Numbered from the stretch's first letter, positions 31,099 to 41,252 are shown. The stretch: DNA of 64,000 nucleotides from Candidatus Poribacteria bacterium (GCA_965205025.1 CBDBFU010000003.1:32001-96000), one strand, 5' to 3'. Notes: generated from the sequence alone by a model not told the origin. Numbers and translations: made by a program.

Positions 31099-32112
31099 TT
31101 ACCTACCGGTATATGCCTTCTTGAGTTCAGACCAACGCACCGATTTCTTGCCAGCAGGTGAAACCGACAACGCACCTTCATGCCAATCTGCCCCACTACC
31201 CTCAGCCAACTGTGTGAATATGTTTGAAGTTAGATCGTATTTATATATACGATATGTAGGTTTAGTATAGCGTCCGTTTACATATTCAAAAGCACTGAAG
31301 AGCACTGATCGTCCTTCATTCATCCAAGAAAGAGATGTACAAAACCAATTATCTGGAATATCCAATATCTGTTTCACATCATCCTCAATATTGTGTATGA
31401 TATACCGAAAATGTCCTATCCTCCAATGTTTGACTACTATGCCATTATTACCTTGCACTTCTTCGGGAATCAATTCTGACTCACAGTATAGTATCTGTTT
31501 TCCATCCGATGACCAGCGTGGGTAATAATGATACCGAGGACCTCTTTCAGGATCGGGTTTTGTCCATTGGCGTGGATTGTCTCCGTTGGTATCCATCATC
31601 CAAAGGTGCTTTTCAACAAATTTATGGTCATCATTGACATATATAATCGTTTTACCATCGGGTGACCAGTCAACCTGATTGATATGGGACCTTGATATTA
31701 GACTCAGTTCACCTGTATCTATGTCTATCACATAATGAGCGGATAGGCCTCGGGTGAAAACGATTTTCTTTCCATCAGGAGAAAACGAAAAGTCAATCAT
31801 TCCCATATCTATGTCCGTGACTTGTTGAATACCGGTACCGTCAGCATGCATGAGATAGACATTTGTGTCCCCTTTCTGGTCTGGTAACGTAGTGTTACGT
31901 GTAAATGCAATCCGTTTACCATTAGGTGACCAATACGGGATTCTGTCGTAATAAGGCGTGTCGGTGATTTGTTCCATGTTCTGACCGTCATCGTCCATAA
32001 CATAGATGTTGCTATTCTCGTTATGGATGGCACTAAAGACGATTTTTGCGTGTGAAGTTGCTGCAAATAGAAAAAGCAGACCTATCAGCAAGATTAAACG
32101 TAGAATATTCAT
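31099..32112 (-). CDS. Secreted TolB-like (PD40) beta-propeller with conserved C-terminal tail, paralog 1
   Basis: Signal peptide SHA-KIVF; WSPNGKRIAF, WSPDGK repeats; tail LSVSPAGKKSVRWSELKK. Confidence 0.88.
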   Translation of the reverse strand: MNILRLILLIGLLFLFAATSHAKIVFSAIHNENSNIYVMDDDGQNMEQITDTPYYDRIPYWSPNGKRIAFTRNTTLPDQKGDTNVYLMHADGTGIQQVTDIDMGMIDFSFSPDGKKIVFTRGLSAHYVIDIDTGELSLISRSHINQVDWSPDGKTIIYVNDDHKFVEKHLWMMDTNGDNPRQWTKPDPERGPRYHYYPRWSSDGKQILYCESELIPEEVQGNNGIVVKHWRIGHFRYIIHNIEDDVKQILDIPDNWFCTSLSWMNEGRSVLFSAFEYVNGRYTKPTYRIYKYDLTSNIFTQLAEGSGADWHEGALSVSPAGKKSVRWSELKKAYTGR

Positions 32113-32155
32113 CAGATCTCCTATGGTATGTTATTGATAAAAGGATTAGACTTTC

Positions 32156-32213
32156 GTAGGAAGGGATTCCGACCTCCGATCTTATCTTCTGTAGGAGCGA
32201 CCTCCTGGTCGCG
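32156..32213 (+). repeat. REP pair duplicated together with the TolB-like gene
   Basis: GTAGGAAGGGATTCCGACCTCCG and GTAGGAGCGACCTCCTGGTCGC, as at 31028-31083. Confidence 0.75.
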
Positions 32214-32247
32214 ACATAATTTATTGATATATAATTTAGGGGCCATA

Positions 32248-33258
32248 TTACCTATCGGTATATGCCTTCTTGAGTTCAGACCAACGTACCGATTTCTTGC
32301 CAACAGGTGAAACCGATAACGGGCCTTCATGCCAATCCGCCCTACTACCCTCAGTCAAATGTGTGAATGTATTTGATTTAAGGTCGTATTTATAGATTTG
32401 AGATGGAGGATGCTGGTTGTGTACAGTATCATATTCAAACGCACTGAACAAAACAGTCTGATCACCATCCATCCAGGCAAGAGAGGTAGTATACAAATTA
32501 TCCGGTATCTCTAATACTTGTTTTTTATCATCGACGAGACTATGTATGATAACCCGAGAACGTCCAAACCTTCCTTGCCCAGGAACATCTTGATTCTCAT
32601 CTTTTACAAAAACCAGTTCTCTTTCAAAATACACAATCTGTTTTCCATCAGAAGACCATCTCGGATAAGCATGATATAGACGTCCTCTTTTAGGATCGGA
32701 TTCTGTCCATTGGCGTCGATTGTCTCCGTTGGCATCCATTATCCAAAGGTGTTTATCAGCAAACTGATGGTCATCGTTGACATACACAATCTGTTTTCCA
32801 TCGGGTGACCAGTCAATTTCATTTATATGCGATCTGGTGATTTGTATTATTTCACCTGAATCAATCACTATCATGTTCTGATTTGAAAAGTTTTGAGTAA
32901 AAAGAAGCTTCTTACCGTCAGGTGAATACGCTAAATCAATCATTCGAACTTTTTCATAGTGCGTGAGTTGCTTCACATCTGTTCCGTCTGCCTGCATGAT
33001 GTAGACATTTTGATTTCCTTCTTGGTCTGGTAGCCTTGTGTTACGCACAAATGCAATCCGGGCACCATCAGGAGACCAATATGTTCTACTGTCATAATAT
33101 GGTGTATTAGTAATTTGTTTTATGTTTTCACCGTTATCGTCCATGACATAGATGTTACTATTCTTGTTATGGGATGAACTAAAGACGATTTTTGCGTGTG
33201 AAGTTGCTACAAATAGAATCAATAGACTTGCCAATAAGATTATCCGTAGAGTATTCAT
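32248..33258 (-). CDS. Secreted TolB-like (PD40) beta-propeller with conserved C-terminal tail, paralog 2
   Basis: Same architecture; tail LSVSPVGKKSVRWSELKK. Confidence 0.88.
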   Translation of the reverse strand: MNTLRIILLASLLILFVATSHAKIVFSSSHNKNSNIYVMDDNGENIKQITNTPYYDSRTYWSPDGARIAFVRNTRLPDQEGNQNVYIMQADGTDVKQLTHYEKVRMIDLAYSPDGKKLLFTQNFSNQNMIVIDSGEIIQITRSHINEIDWSPDGKQIVYVNDDHQFADKHLWIMDANGDNRRQWTESDPKRGRLYHAYPRWSSDGKQIVYFERELVFVKDENQDVPGQGRFGRSRVIIHSLVDDKKQVLEIPDNLYTTSLAWMDGDQTVLFSAFEYDTVHNQHPPSQIYKYDLKSNTFTHLTEGSRADWHEGPLSVSPVGKKSVRWSELKKAYTDR

Positions 33259-33293
33259 CAGATATCTCCTATGGTCTGTTTTGTAATTATAGG

Positions 33294-33309
33294 AGCAATT
33301 AATGTGCCA
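33294..33309 (-). promoter_or_regulatory. Sigma-54 (-24/-12) promoter
   Basis: Minus strand TGGCAC-ATTAA-TTGCT fits TGGCAC-N5-TTGCW, 35 bp upstream of start 33258. Confidence 0.7.
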
Positions 33310-33773
33310 AAACTATATAGATGAATTGTTGTGATGCTGCACAATTTAGGGCATTTTTAAGGGTTGTTGCACTTTACGGTGCAAGTTATACCATTTCAGA
33401 TAATTACAATCTCTTTAATGTAGCATAAACTTCCAGTTTGTGCGGTATTTCAAGACATGCTTAGCAACTTTTCAAAAGTGAGATAGAATACCTAATTATT
33501 TTAGATGTATGGATAATGTGAATGGAAAGAAATGTTAATATTTATTGTTCTGAAATGATTGTACTTTCACGGAAACCTTCACGGAGCAATTCTACGAACC
33601 CTTACTATATAAGGGTTTTTAAATTTAATCACCCATTTTTCCGTGAATCACATACGTTAATATATATTTAACTTAGGTGCAAACGGAATGCATTTTATTA
33701 GATATATCCCTTGCATGATCATCCCATCTTACCTATAATAATTGTATCTCAAGGGAATCACCAACGAATATAC

Positions 33774-36700
33774 ATGCCTTACGTCAACATCAAAACAACC
33801 CACAAACCCATCAAGACATACTATGCCGAACTGGATAAATACACTCAACTCGGTGCAGAAAACGAAGGTACAGTCCGAACAGCATTCCAAAATCTCCTTC
33901 AACACTATTGTGGTAAATCCAACCTAACACTCCTCTGCGAAAGAACAAAACATATCGCTGAAAATAGACGTATCACACCAGATGGGGAAGTGGTAGACTC
34001 CTACGGAATTCCACACGGATATTGGGAAGCAAAAGACACACAAGACGATCTACATACTGAAGCAAACAAAAAATTCGCTGCTGGATATCCATCCAAAAAC
34101 ATCGTCTTACAATCCCCGACACATGCACTCCTATATCAACACGATGAACTGCAACTCGACCTTGATCTGACAGAACCAAGAAACCTTGTACAAGTCCTTG
34201 AATCCTTTTTTGCCTATCAGGCAGAAAACATCTCCGCATGGCACGCAGCAGTTGCAGAATTCAAGGAGATGGTGCCGGACTTAGGCAAGCAATTAGCAGA
34301 GTTAATAGAAAACGAACGTCAAAACAATTCGCATTTCCATGAAGCATTCTCTAAATTCCATCAGCAGTGTCAAGCTTCAATAAATCCGAACCTATCTATA
34401 CCTGCAGTTGAGGAAATGCTCATTCAACATCTGTTGACAGAACGACTATTCAGAACTGTCTTCGACAATCCAGATTTCACACGTAGAAATATAATCGCGC
34501 GTGAAATTGAGAATGTCATTGATGTGTTAACAGAAAGATCCCTGAATAGATCCGAATTCCTCCGTCCGTTAGAACGTTTTTACACCACCATAGAAAAAAC
34601 TGCCAATACCATAACCGATTTCTCACAGAAACAGAGTTTTTTAAATACGGTATATGAACAGTTTTTTCAAGGATTCTCAGTTAAAGTTGCAGATACACAT
34701 GGGATCGTCTACACCCCGCAACCGATAGTTGATTTTATGGTGAAAAGTGTAGAACATATCCTACAGAAAGAGTTTGGTCGGTCAATGGCAGATGAAGGTG
34801 TCCATATAATTGATCCATTTGTTGGAACTGGCAACTTCATTGTTCGGATCATGCAGGAACTTGATCCCATAGCATTAGAACGTAAATACACCGCAGATCC
34901 GCCAGAACTCCAGTGTAATGAGGTTATGTTGCTACCTTATTACATTGCGAATCTCAACATAGAACAACAGTTTTACACCAAAACCAACCGATATGCATCC
35001 TATGAAGGTCTCTGTCTTGTGGATACATTCGAGTTAGCAGAGGATAAACAGATTCCGCTTTTAGCACCAGAAAACACTCAACGTGTCGAAAAACAGAAGC
35101 AGACACCCATGTTTGTTGTTATCGGTAATCCACCTTACAATATGGGACAGGTTAATGAGAATGATAATAATCAGAATCGTAAATATGATACTATGGATAA
35201 ACGAGTTGCAGAAACCTACGTAAAAGACTCCCAAGCAACACTTAGAAATAAATTGTCAGATCCCTATGTAAAAGCGATTCGATGGGCATCAGATAGAATT
35301 GGAAAAGAAGGAATGGTTGCTTTTGTAACTAACAATGGATTTCTGGATGGTATAGCTTTTGATGGGATGCGAAAACATCTTGCTCAAGATTATAATATTA
35401 TCTACCATATTGATTTTAAAGGTAATGCTCGGACTTCTGGTGAACGACGAAGACAGGAAGGGGGTAATATCTTTGATGATCAGATAAGGGTTGGTATCGG
35501 GATTAGTTTCTTTATAAAAAAAGACAATTCTACTTCAAAATCCACAAGAGTTTTCATGCATTCAGTAGATAATTATTTAAAGGCAAATGAGAAACAGTCA
35601 ATATTAAGTCAATTTTCAGATATTTCAAATGTTTCATTCAAACAAATAAAGATAGATGAAAAGCATACATGGCTCACCGATGGATTGCACTCAGAGTTTT
35701 ATGACTATATTCCAATTGGTATTAAATCTTCAAAAAACCTTAATGATTCTCAAAGCACAATTTTTAATGTTTACTCCTTAGGAGTAGCGACAAATAGAGA
35801 TAACCTGGCATATTCATCTCATATGAATTTGTTAGAAGATAAAGTTAAAACATTCATTGAAATCTATAATTCAACCTTAGATCGAAGGAAAAGGTATGAT
35901 ACAGAATCCTCTGTGAATGAGTTAATAGATACTGATGATCCGCGGATTAAATGGACACGACAAGTTAAGAAATCTCTGGAAAAAATGGAGACTAACAATT
36001 ATGAAGTAACACACATACGTAGAGCATTATATAGACCGTTCAATAGTCAATATCTCTATTTTGATAATTTTTGGAATGAGGAAAGATATCAACAACATAG
36101 AATCTATCCAATTCAAGAAACCGAATTAGAAAATGTGTCAATCTGTGTTAGTGGAATTGGCGGCAAAAAACCATTCCAAACTTTGATTGTTGGTATAATA
36201 CCAGATCTTCATCTAACTGGTGATTCGCAATGTTTTCCTTTCTACACATACGACGAAGATGGTTCAAACAGACGAGAGAATATTACGGATTGGGCATTAA
36301 ATGCATTCCAAACACAATACAAAGACAACACCATCACCAAATGGGACATCTTCCACTATAATTACGGACTGTTACATCATCCCCGATATCGTGAAAAATA
36401 CCAAGCAAACCTAAAACGAGACCTACCCCATATCCCTTATGTCAAAGATTTCTGGGGATTTGCTAACGCTGGTGCACGGTTAGCAGAAATACATGTCAAC
36501 TACGAATCACAACCTGAATACGACAAACTCAATCTCATTCAAAACCCCGATGTTCCGCTGAATTGGCGTGTTGAGAAAATGAAACTCTCCAAAGACAAAA
36601 CATCGCTTGTTTATAACGACTTCCTGACGATTGACGGTATCCCACCGAAAGCCTTAGAATATCGTCTCGGCACACGTTCCGCATTGGAATGGATTGTTAA

Positions 36701-36869
36701 CCAATACTGTGTCAAAACCGACAAACGTAGTGGCATCGTCAACGACCCCAACCGAGAGGACGATCCACAATATATTGTTAGGTTAATCGGTCAGGTGATA
36801 ACTGTTAGTTTAGAGACTGTGGAGATTGTTGCTGGGTTACCTGCATTGGATATTCAAGATGTTGATTAA
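33774..36869 (+). CDS. Single-chain restriction-modification enzyme (PD-(D/E)xK nuclease + N6-adenine MTase + Type ISP-like TRD, no helicase; Type IIG/IIL-like)
   Basis: PDG..YWEAKD; GIVYTPQPIVDF; IDPFVGTGNF; IGNPPYN; LYRPF; RSALEWIVNQY, SGIVNDPN; ATG 33774 preferred over 33711. Confidence 0.88.
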   Translation: MPYVNIKTTHKPIKTYYAELDKYTQLGAENEGTVRTAFQNLLQHYCGKSNLTLLCERTKHIAENRRITPDGEVVDSYGIPHGYWEAKDTQDDLHTEANKKFAAGYPSKNIVLQSPTHALLYQHDELQLDLDLTEPRNLVQVLESFFAYQAENISAWHAAVAEFKEMVPDLGKQLAELIENERQNNSHFHEAFSKFHQQCQASINPNLSIPAVEEMLIQHLLTERLFRTVFDNPDFTRRNIIAREIENVIDVLTERSLNRSEFLRPLERFYTTIEKTANTITDFSQKQSFLNTVYEQFFQGFSVKVADTHGIVYTPQPIVDFMVKSVEHILQKEFGRSMADEGVHIIDPFVGTGNFIVRIMQELDPIALERKYTADPPELQCNEVMLLPYYIANLNIEQQFYTKTNRYASYEGLCLVDTFELAEDKQIPLLAPENTQRVEKQKQTPMFVVIGNPPYNMGQVNENDNNQNRKYDTMDKRVAETYVKDSQATLRNKLSDPYVKAIRWASDRIGKEGMVAFVTNNGFLDGIAFDGMRKHLAQDYNIIYHIDFKGNARTSGERRRQEGGNIFDDQIRVGIGISFFIKKDNSTSKSTRVFMHSVDNYLKANEKQSILSQFSDISNVSFKQIKIDEKHTWLTDGLHSEFYDYIPIGIKSSKNLNDSQSTIFNVYSLGVATNRDNLAYSSHMNLLEDKVKTFIEIYNSTLDRRKRYDTESSVNELIDTDDPRIKWTRQVKKSLEKMETNNYEVTHIRRALYRPFNSQYLYFDNFWNEERYQQHRIYPIQETELENVSICVSGIGGKKPFQTLIVGIIPDLHLTGDSQCFPFYTYDEDGSNRRENITDWALNAFQTQYKDNTITKWDIFHYNYGLLHHPRYREKYQANLKRDLPHIPYVKDFWGFANAGARLAEIHVNYESQPEYDKLNLIQNPDVPLNWRVEKMKLSKDKTSLVYNDFLTIDGIPPKALEYRLGTRSALEWIVNQYCVKTDKRSGIVNDPNREDDPQYIVRLIGQVITVSLETVEIVAGLPALDIQDVD

Positions 36870-37282
36870 CAAATTCTCGCAAAATAATTTGATATGTTGT
36901 AACCAGCGATTAAGAAAGAAAACAACTCTTCATGTACAGCAAACTGTTAGTTTGCTGATAATATCTATATCCTCCTAAAATTCTTTCCCATTCAAATTGT
37001 CCAAAGTTTAGAAATAACAATACAGGAGAGAATACCCCTCATATCCGCGTAATCTATTTAATCGGTGTAATCCGTGATTCAAATTACACCCGCATCAAGC
37101 CGAGATTTATACTGCAACCTCGTAAACCTATAGGAGCGGAGAAACACCCTACAGCGGTGTGATAGCGACACCCTTCTACTACTTTTTCCTTGAATAATAT
37201 GTTAAAATAAACTAATCTGTTAACCGAAATGCGATATAGGCGTTATTCTCATGGCGTAAAACTGAAGTTTGGGAGATTCACA

Positions 37283-37891
37283 ATGCTAAATGGACGGACG
37301 ATTTGTCTTGTGGTCCTCTGTGTCCTTTTTATTTCCTCTACGGTATTCGCGCAGACCGATACAATTATTGAGAAGATATTTGAATCAGAGACGCGAGTCC
37401 GCGAACATGTAAATCAGGAAGTCAAAGGCATTGAGACAAAAGTTGACAACCTTAGTACAAAGGTTGACAACCTTAGTACAAAGGTTGGAACTCTCAGTGA
37501 AGATGTAAGAGAAAATAAGACGAATATAGGGAACATGAAAGAGGACATACGCGAATTAAAAGGGGCGGTGGATCGGATTTGGTACGGCATATTAGGGATC
37601 TTGGGAACTTTGATACTTTCTATAGTCGGTTTTTTTCTCAGGTCATGGTGGCAAAATCGAGGTAAGGCAGAAAATGTGAACGTGGTAGATAGCTTAGCCG
37701 ATCAAATCACCAACCTTACCTCAGCACAAGCAGAAAATTCAGCACAAATCACCAGACTCATCTCAGCACAAATGGAAATTTCAGCAACGAGAAACGTTCC
37801 CGGTCACCCCCAAGTACTGAGTTTGGAGGAGTTAGACGAGTTAACAGGCGACATAAGGTCTGAACGTTATGATGAAATGGAAAGAATCTGA
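37283..37891 (+). CDS. Exported coiled-coil protein with a TM anchor
   Basis: Signal peptide (..STVFA-Q), heptad KVDNLST duplicated as an exact 21-bp repeat, TM IWYGILGILGTLILSIVGFFL; ATG 37283 preferred. Confidence 0.65.
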   Translation: MLNGRTICLVVLCVLFISSTVFAQTDTIIEKIFESETRVREHVNQEVKGIETKVDNLSTKVDNLSTKVGTLSEDVRENKTNIGNMKEDIRELKGAVDRIWYGILGILGTLILSIVGFFLRSWWQNRGKAENVNVVDSLADQITNLTSAQAENSAQITRLISAQMEISATRNVPGHPQVLSLEELDELTGDIRSERYDEMERI

Positions 37892-38799
37892 TGGAACACA
37901 CTAAGAACCCTACATCCGCAGAAGCCTATGTCGAGAGGGGTAATGAATTATACGATCAAGGTAATTTTCAGGCTGCTATTTCCGATTTTGACGAGGCAAT
38001 CCGTCTTGACCCTGAATATGCCATCGCATACAACAACCGAGGAGACGCCAAAGACGAGTTGGGAGACTTTGAAGCTGCTATTTCCGATTTTGACGAGGCA
38101 ATCCGACTTGACCCTGAATATGCAACAGCCTACTACAACCGAGGAAACGTCAAAAGCAAACTGGATGACCTTGCAGCTGCTATTTCCGATTTTGACGAGG
38201 CAATCCGACTTGACCCTGAATATACGGGTGCATACAACAACCGAGGAAACGCCAAAAGCAAACTGGATGACCTTGTAGCTGCTATTTCCGACTATGACGA
38301 GGCGATACGGATAAACCCCGAATATGCGGGTGCATACAACAACCGAGGAAACGCCAATAACAAACTGGGAAAATATTTTCAAGCCATTTCCGATTATGAC
38401 CAAGCGATCCGTCTTGACCCTGAATATGTGGACGCCTACTACAACCGAGGAAACGCCAAACTTCGACTGGGACACCCCGAGGCTGCTATCGCTGATTATG
38501 ACGAGCTTATTCGTCTCAACCCTAATGATGGGGATGCCTACTACAACCGAGGTGTTGCCAAAAGCCGATTAGGAGAGCATTTTGCTGCGATTTCTGATTA
38601 TGATGAGGTGATACGACTTGACCCTAATGAAGCGAAAGCCTATAACAACCGAGGCTTTATGAAAAGTCAATTGGGACACCTCAAGGCTGCGATTTCTGAT
38701 TTTGACGAGGCGATACGACTTGACCCCGAACATACGATAGCCTACACAAATCGAGAAAACGCCAAAAAAGAACTTAGAGAACGCCAGAAAGAAACTTAA
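37891..38799 (+). CDS. Tetratricopeptide repeat protein (~8 TPRs, 102-bp DNA period)
   Basis: AYNNRG.AK..LG....AISDFDEAIRLDP repeats; start overlaps upstream stop. Confidence 0.95.
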   Translation: MEHTKNPTSAEAYVERGNELYDQGNFQAAISDFDEAIRLDPEYAIAYNNRGDAKDELGDFEAAISDFDEAIRLDPEYATAYYNRGNVKSKLDDLAAAISDFDEAIRLDPEYTGAYNNRGNAKSKLDDLVAAISDYDEAIRINPEYAGAYNNRGNANNKLGKYFQAISDYDQAIRLDPEYVDAYYNRGNAKLRLGHPEAAIADYDELIRLNPNDGDAYYNRGVAKSRLGEHFAAISDYDEVIRLDPNEAKAYNNRGFMKSQLGHLKAAISDFDEAIRLDPEHTIAYTNRENAKKELRERQKET

Positions 38800-38880
38800 G
38801 TAACCCTCTTCCTTTCATTCATCCACCCATCCAATAAATCCCGTTCTGACGACTTACCGCTCATTTGATACCTTGATTTG

Positions 38881-39135
38881 GTAGGGACGGTATGTCTATA
38901 GAATATATGTCTTAAAATATACTGAGTCCCGGGGAATGTCTAAATGACATTCATACCGTTGATTCCTTGATTTCTTGATTCGTGGTACGAAAGGTGTATA
39001 GAAACGCATTACCTCACCAAAGTCCAAGCCCCAGCGGGGCGAAATGTATGTAGAAAAGGTGAAACCCAGAAAAAAAGCCCCGGTGAATGCCATACGCGCA
39101 TTCATACCGTTGATTCGAGGGGCGAAATGTGTATT
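38881..39135. repeat. REP cluster with two 33-bp micro-element insertions
   Basis: GTAGGGACGGTATGTCTATAG, AGCCCCAGCGGGGCGAAATG; inserts at 38932-38964 and 39083-39115. Confidence 0.75.
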
Positions 39136-39230
39136 GATGTAGTTTTGATTCAGATGACTGCTTTAATATCAGATCAACCTAAAATATCTGATTTTTATCT
39201 AAACTATAGTAATGGTCAATAGGAGAAATA

Positions 39231-40196
39231 ATGGCAAAAAGTGTTCAACTCAAAGTACCTGTTGCACTGAATAACCAAAATAGGTTGTGTACTCCGGAAC
39301 AAGCAATTAAGGAACATGACTATACTTGTCCATCATGCCAAGATAGAGTTATTCTTAGAAAAGGCACTAAAAAAACTGCCCATTTCGCCCATAAGTTTAG
39401 TGAAGTGTGTAATCAAGAAACAATCCTCCATAAAACTGCGAAACATCTAATTGTTCAGACTATCTCTGATTGGAAATCTGGACATGGTGATGTACCTATC
39501 CTTCAAAAAGTTTGTGAAGTCTGCAAGGATACCATCAAACAACCACTACCGGATAAAGTCGAATCCGCTGTGTTGGAACACAGGATGGATGAGGGTTTTA
39601 TTGTAGATGTAGCGCTCATGGTTAAAGGAGCACCGGCTGCAGCCGTGGAAATTCGCGCATCTCATGCTGTAGATGAAAAGAAAGCACAATCAATTTCAAT
39701 ACCTTTTATTGAACTTGACGCACACAAAGTTATAGAAAATCCTAACATCTTCTTACCTATTCGCGATACTTTCAATTGGCGTTGTCATAAATGTGAAAAC
39801 GCTGAAAAAGATTTCGAAGCGAAAGTAAACAGGATTTCTAAGCAAACAAGTGTTCCGCTTCCCACTGGTAAATACTATCGGTACGGTCCCGGAAGATGCT
39901 ATAAATGCAAAAGGGAAATAATCATTTTTGCCTGGCCTAAAGCATCTGAATGGGATAGTTCCCAGCCGAAAGAGAAACCGATACCAAAAACAATTCAATT
40001 GCGGTATGGACATACTATAGGAAAAAAATATTGGGTTAATACCTGTCCATATTGCAAGGCAATTCAAGGTGATTTTTTTCTTTTTTATGAGTTTGAATGT
40101 CCATTTTTCGGTATCAAGAGGAAAGATTCGAAACAAAGTTATGATGAAGACATGCAAACTATCGTTCGGAACACTCTAATTCACGACTTATGCTAA
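39231..40196 (+). CDS. CoiA-like PD-(D/E)xK nuclease with several Zn ribbons
   Basis: YTCPSC..HFAH, ETILHKTAK, VDV..AVEIRASH, CHKC, CYKC, YWVNTCPYC..QGDFF; RBS AGGAG. Confidence 0.75.
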   Translation: MAKSVQLKVPVALNNQNRLCTPEQAIKEHDYTCPSCQDRVILRKGTKKTAHFAHKFSEVCNQETILHKTAKHLIVQTISDWKSGHGDVPILQKVCEVCKDTIKQPLPDKVESAVLEHRMDEGFIVDVALMVKGAPAAAVEIRASHAVDEKKAQSISIPFIELDAHKVIENPNIFLPIRDTFNWRCHKCENAEKDFEAKVNRISKQTSVPLPTGKYYRYGPGRCYKCKREIIIFAWPKASEWDSSQPKEKPIPKTIQLRYGHTIGKKYWVNTCPYCKAIQGDFFLFYEFECPFFGIKRKDSKQSYDEDMQTIVRNTLIHDLC

Positions 40197-40220
40197 TGTT
40201 TACTATAGTATGTACAATTT

Positions 40221-40435
40221 TAGACATAGCACTCCGCTGGAGTGCAGGATTGCTATGCTTCACTGCTATAGACATATTGCTCCGCTGGAGCAAGACGCAC
40301 AACTTATCCGTGTGTTAGATGCAATCAATAGTGAACTAACTACACCGACCTTACGATGTCTCCTCACGCCAGCGGCGTGATATGTCTATAGAAATAAGAG
40401 CCAGACAGCCCCGCACTCCAGCGGAGTGCTATGTA
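40221..40435. repeat. Four REP-like hairpins in two opposed pairs (CTCCGCTGGAG family)
   Basis: GCACTCCGCTGGAGTGC, TTGCTCCGCTGGAGCAA, CACGCCAGCGGCGTG, GCACTCCAGCGGAGTGC with (CTAT)AGACAT tails. Confidence 0.8.
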
Positions 40436-40462
40436 AGTAAATAGGTGGCAACTTGGGTTATA

Positions 40463-40576
40463 ATACCATTTCTAAAAAATGGGTTCGCATTACAGGCTTT
40501 TGTTAAATGTAATCTAATACACCACAAACTAACAGTATGTGCTACAAAAAGAGACATCTTCAATTAGAAATGGTAT
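40463..40576. mobile_element. MITE (114 bp) with ATACCATTTCTA/TAGAAATGGTAT ends and internal REP
   Basis: 12-bp perfect inverted ends; cargo CACAAACTAACAGTATGTGCTAC. Confidence 0.78.
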
Positions 40577-40646
40577 AATAATTTTTGATAATAACCTCTA
40601 TCATAAGCAACTATTATCATACTTTTTTCACACATAGAGAACAACA

Positions 40647-41252
40647 ATGATTACTAAGACATATCTACAATCATTAGAATGGGAAGAAAAGCGTAAAACC
40701 AAGTTAAAGGATTGTAAATTTAAGTGCGAATGTGAGGGTGGATGTGTTCGCAAAGCGACACATGTACATCACCTACATCATTATACTTTAGGATATGAAA
40801 GCATGGAAGATTTACAAGCTTTCTGTTCAAAATGCTACCATACTAAATATTCTATATTTCGTAATTTCTATGGCAATCCTGTTCGGGATTGTTGTCTTGT
40901 TGGGGAACAACAAGAAGTAGAAAAGACACTCCCGTATGATGTTTGGAAGGAGGCAAATTTTCATTTACAGATGGACACTCCGAAATACAGTTTGATAGCT
41001 GAGAAAATAGGCACAGACCCTATTATCGCTGCACTACTGGATAATCTTGGAATCATGTTTGCGTGTGATGAGTTGGCTGTAACGGATAAAGTTACAGAGG
41101 TAATAAATAAATTCGCAGATGTCGTTCCTGCAAGGCAAGCTAATTTAGAAGGTTATTGTGATATTGCCTATAAGATAAAACCTGAATTTGAAAAGTATTT
41201 TAAAATTTCATCCGATACCAACATTGATGAGAATGAACAAGGATCGTTATGA
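40647..41252 (+). CDS. HNH-endonuclease-like protein with unknown C-terminal domain
   Basis: YLQSLEW..KR....D...CE.....HVHH....LG.E...DL...C..C pattern. Confidence 0.65.
   Translation: MITKTYLQSLEWEEKRKTKLKDCKFKCECEGGCVRKATHVHHLHHYTLGYESMEDLQAFCSKCYHTKYSIFRNFYGNPVRDCCLVGEQQEVEKTLPYDVWKEANFHLQMDTPKYSLIAEKIGTDPIIAALLDNLGIMFACDELAVTDKVTEVINKFADVVPARQANLEGYCDIAYKIKPEFEKYFKISSDTNIDENEQGSL

Noticed and set aside
37891-38799. TPR repeats as DGR template/variable regions
   Set aside because: No reverse transcriptase in the window and differences are not confined to adenines; ordinary tandem TPRs.
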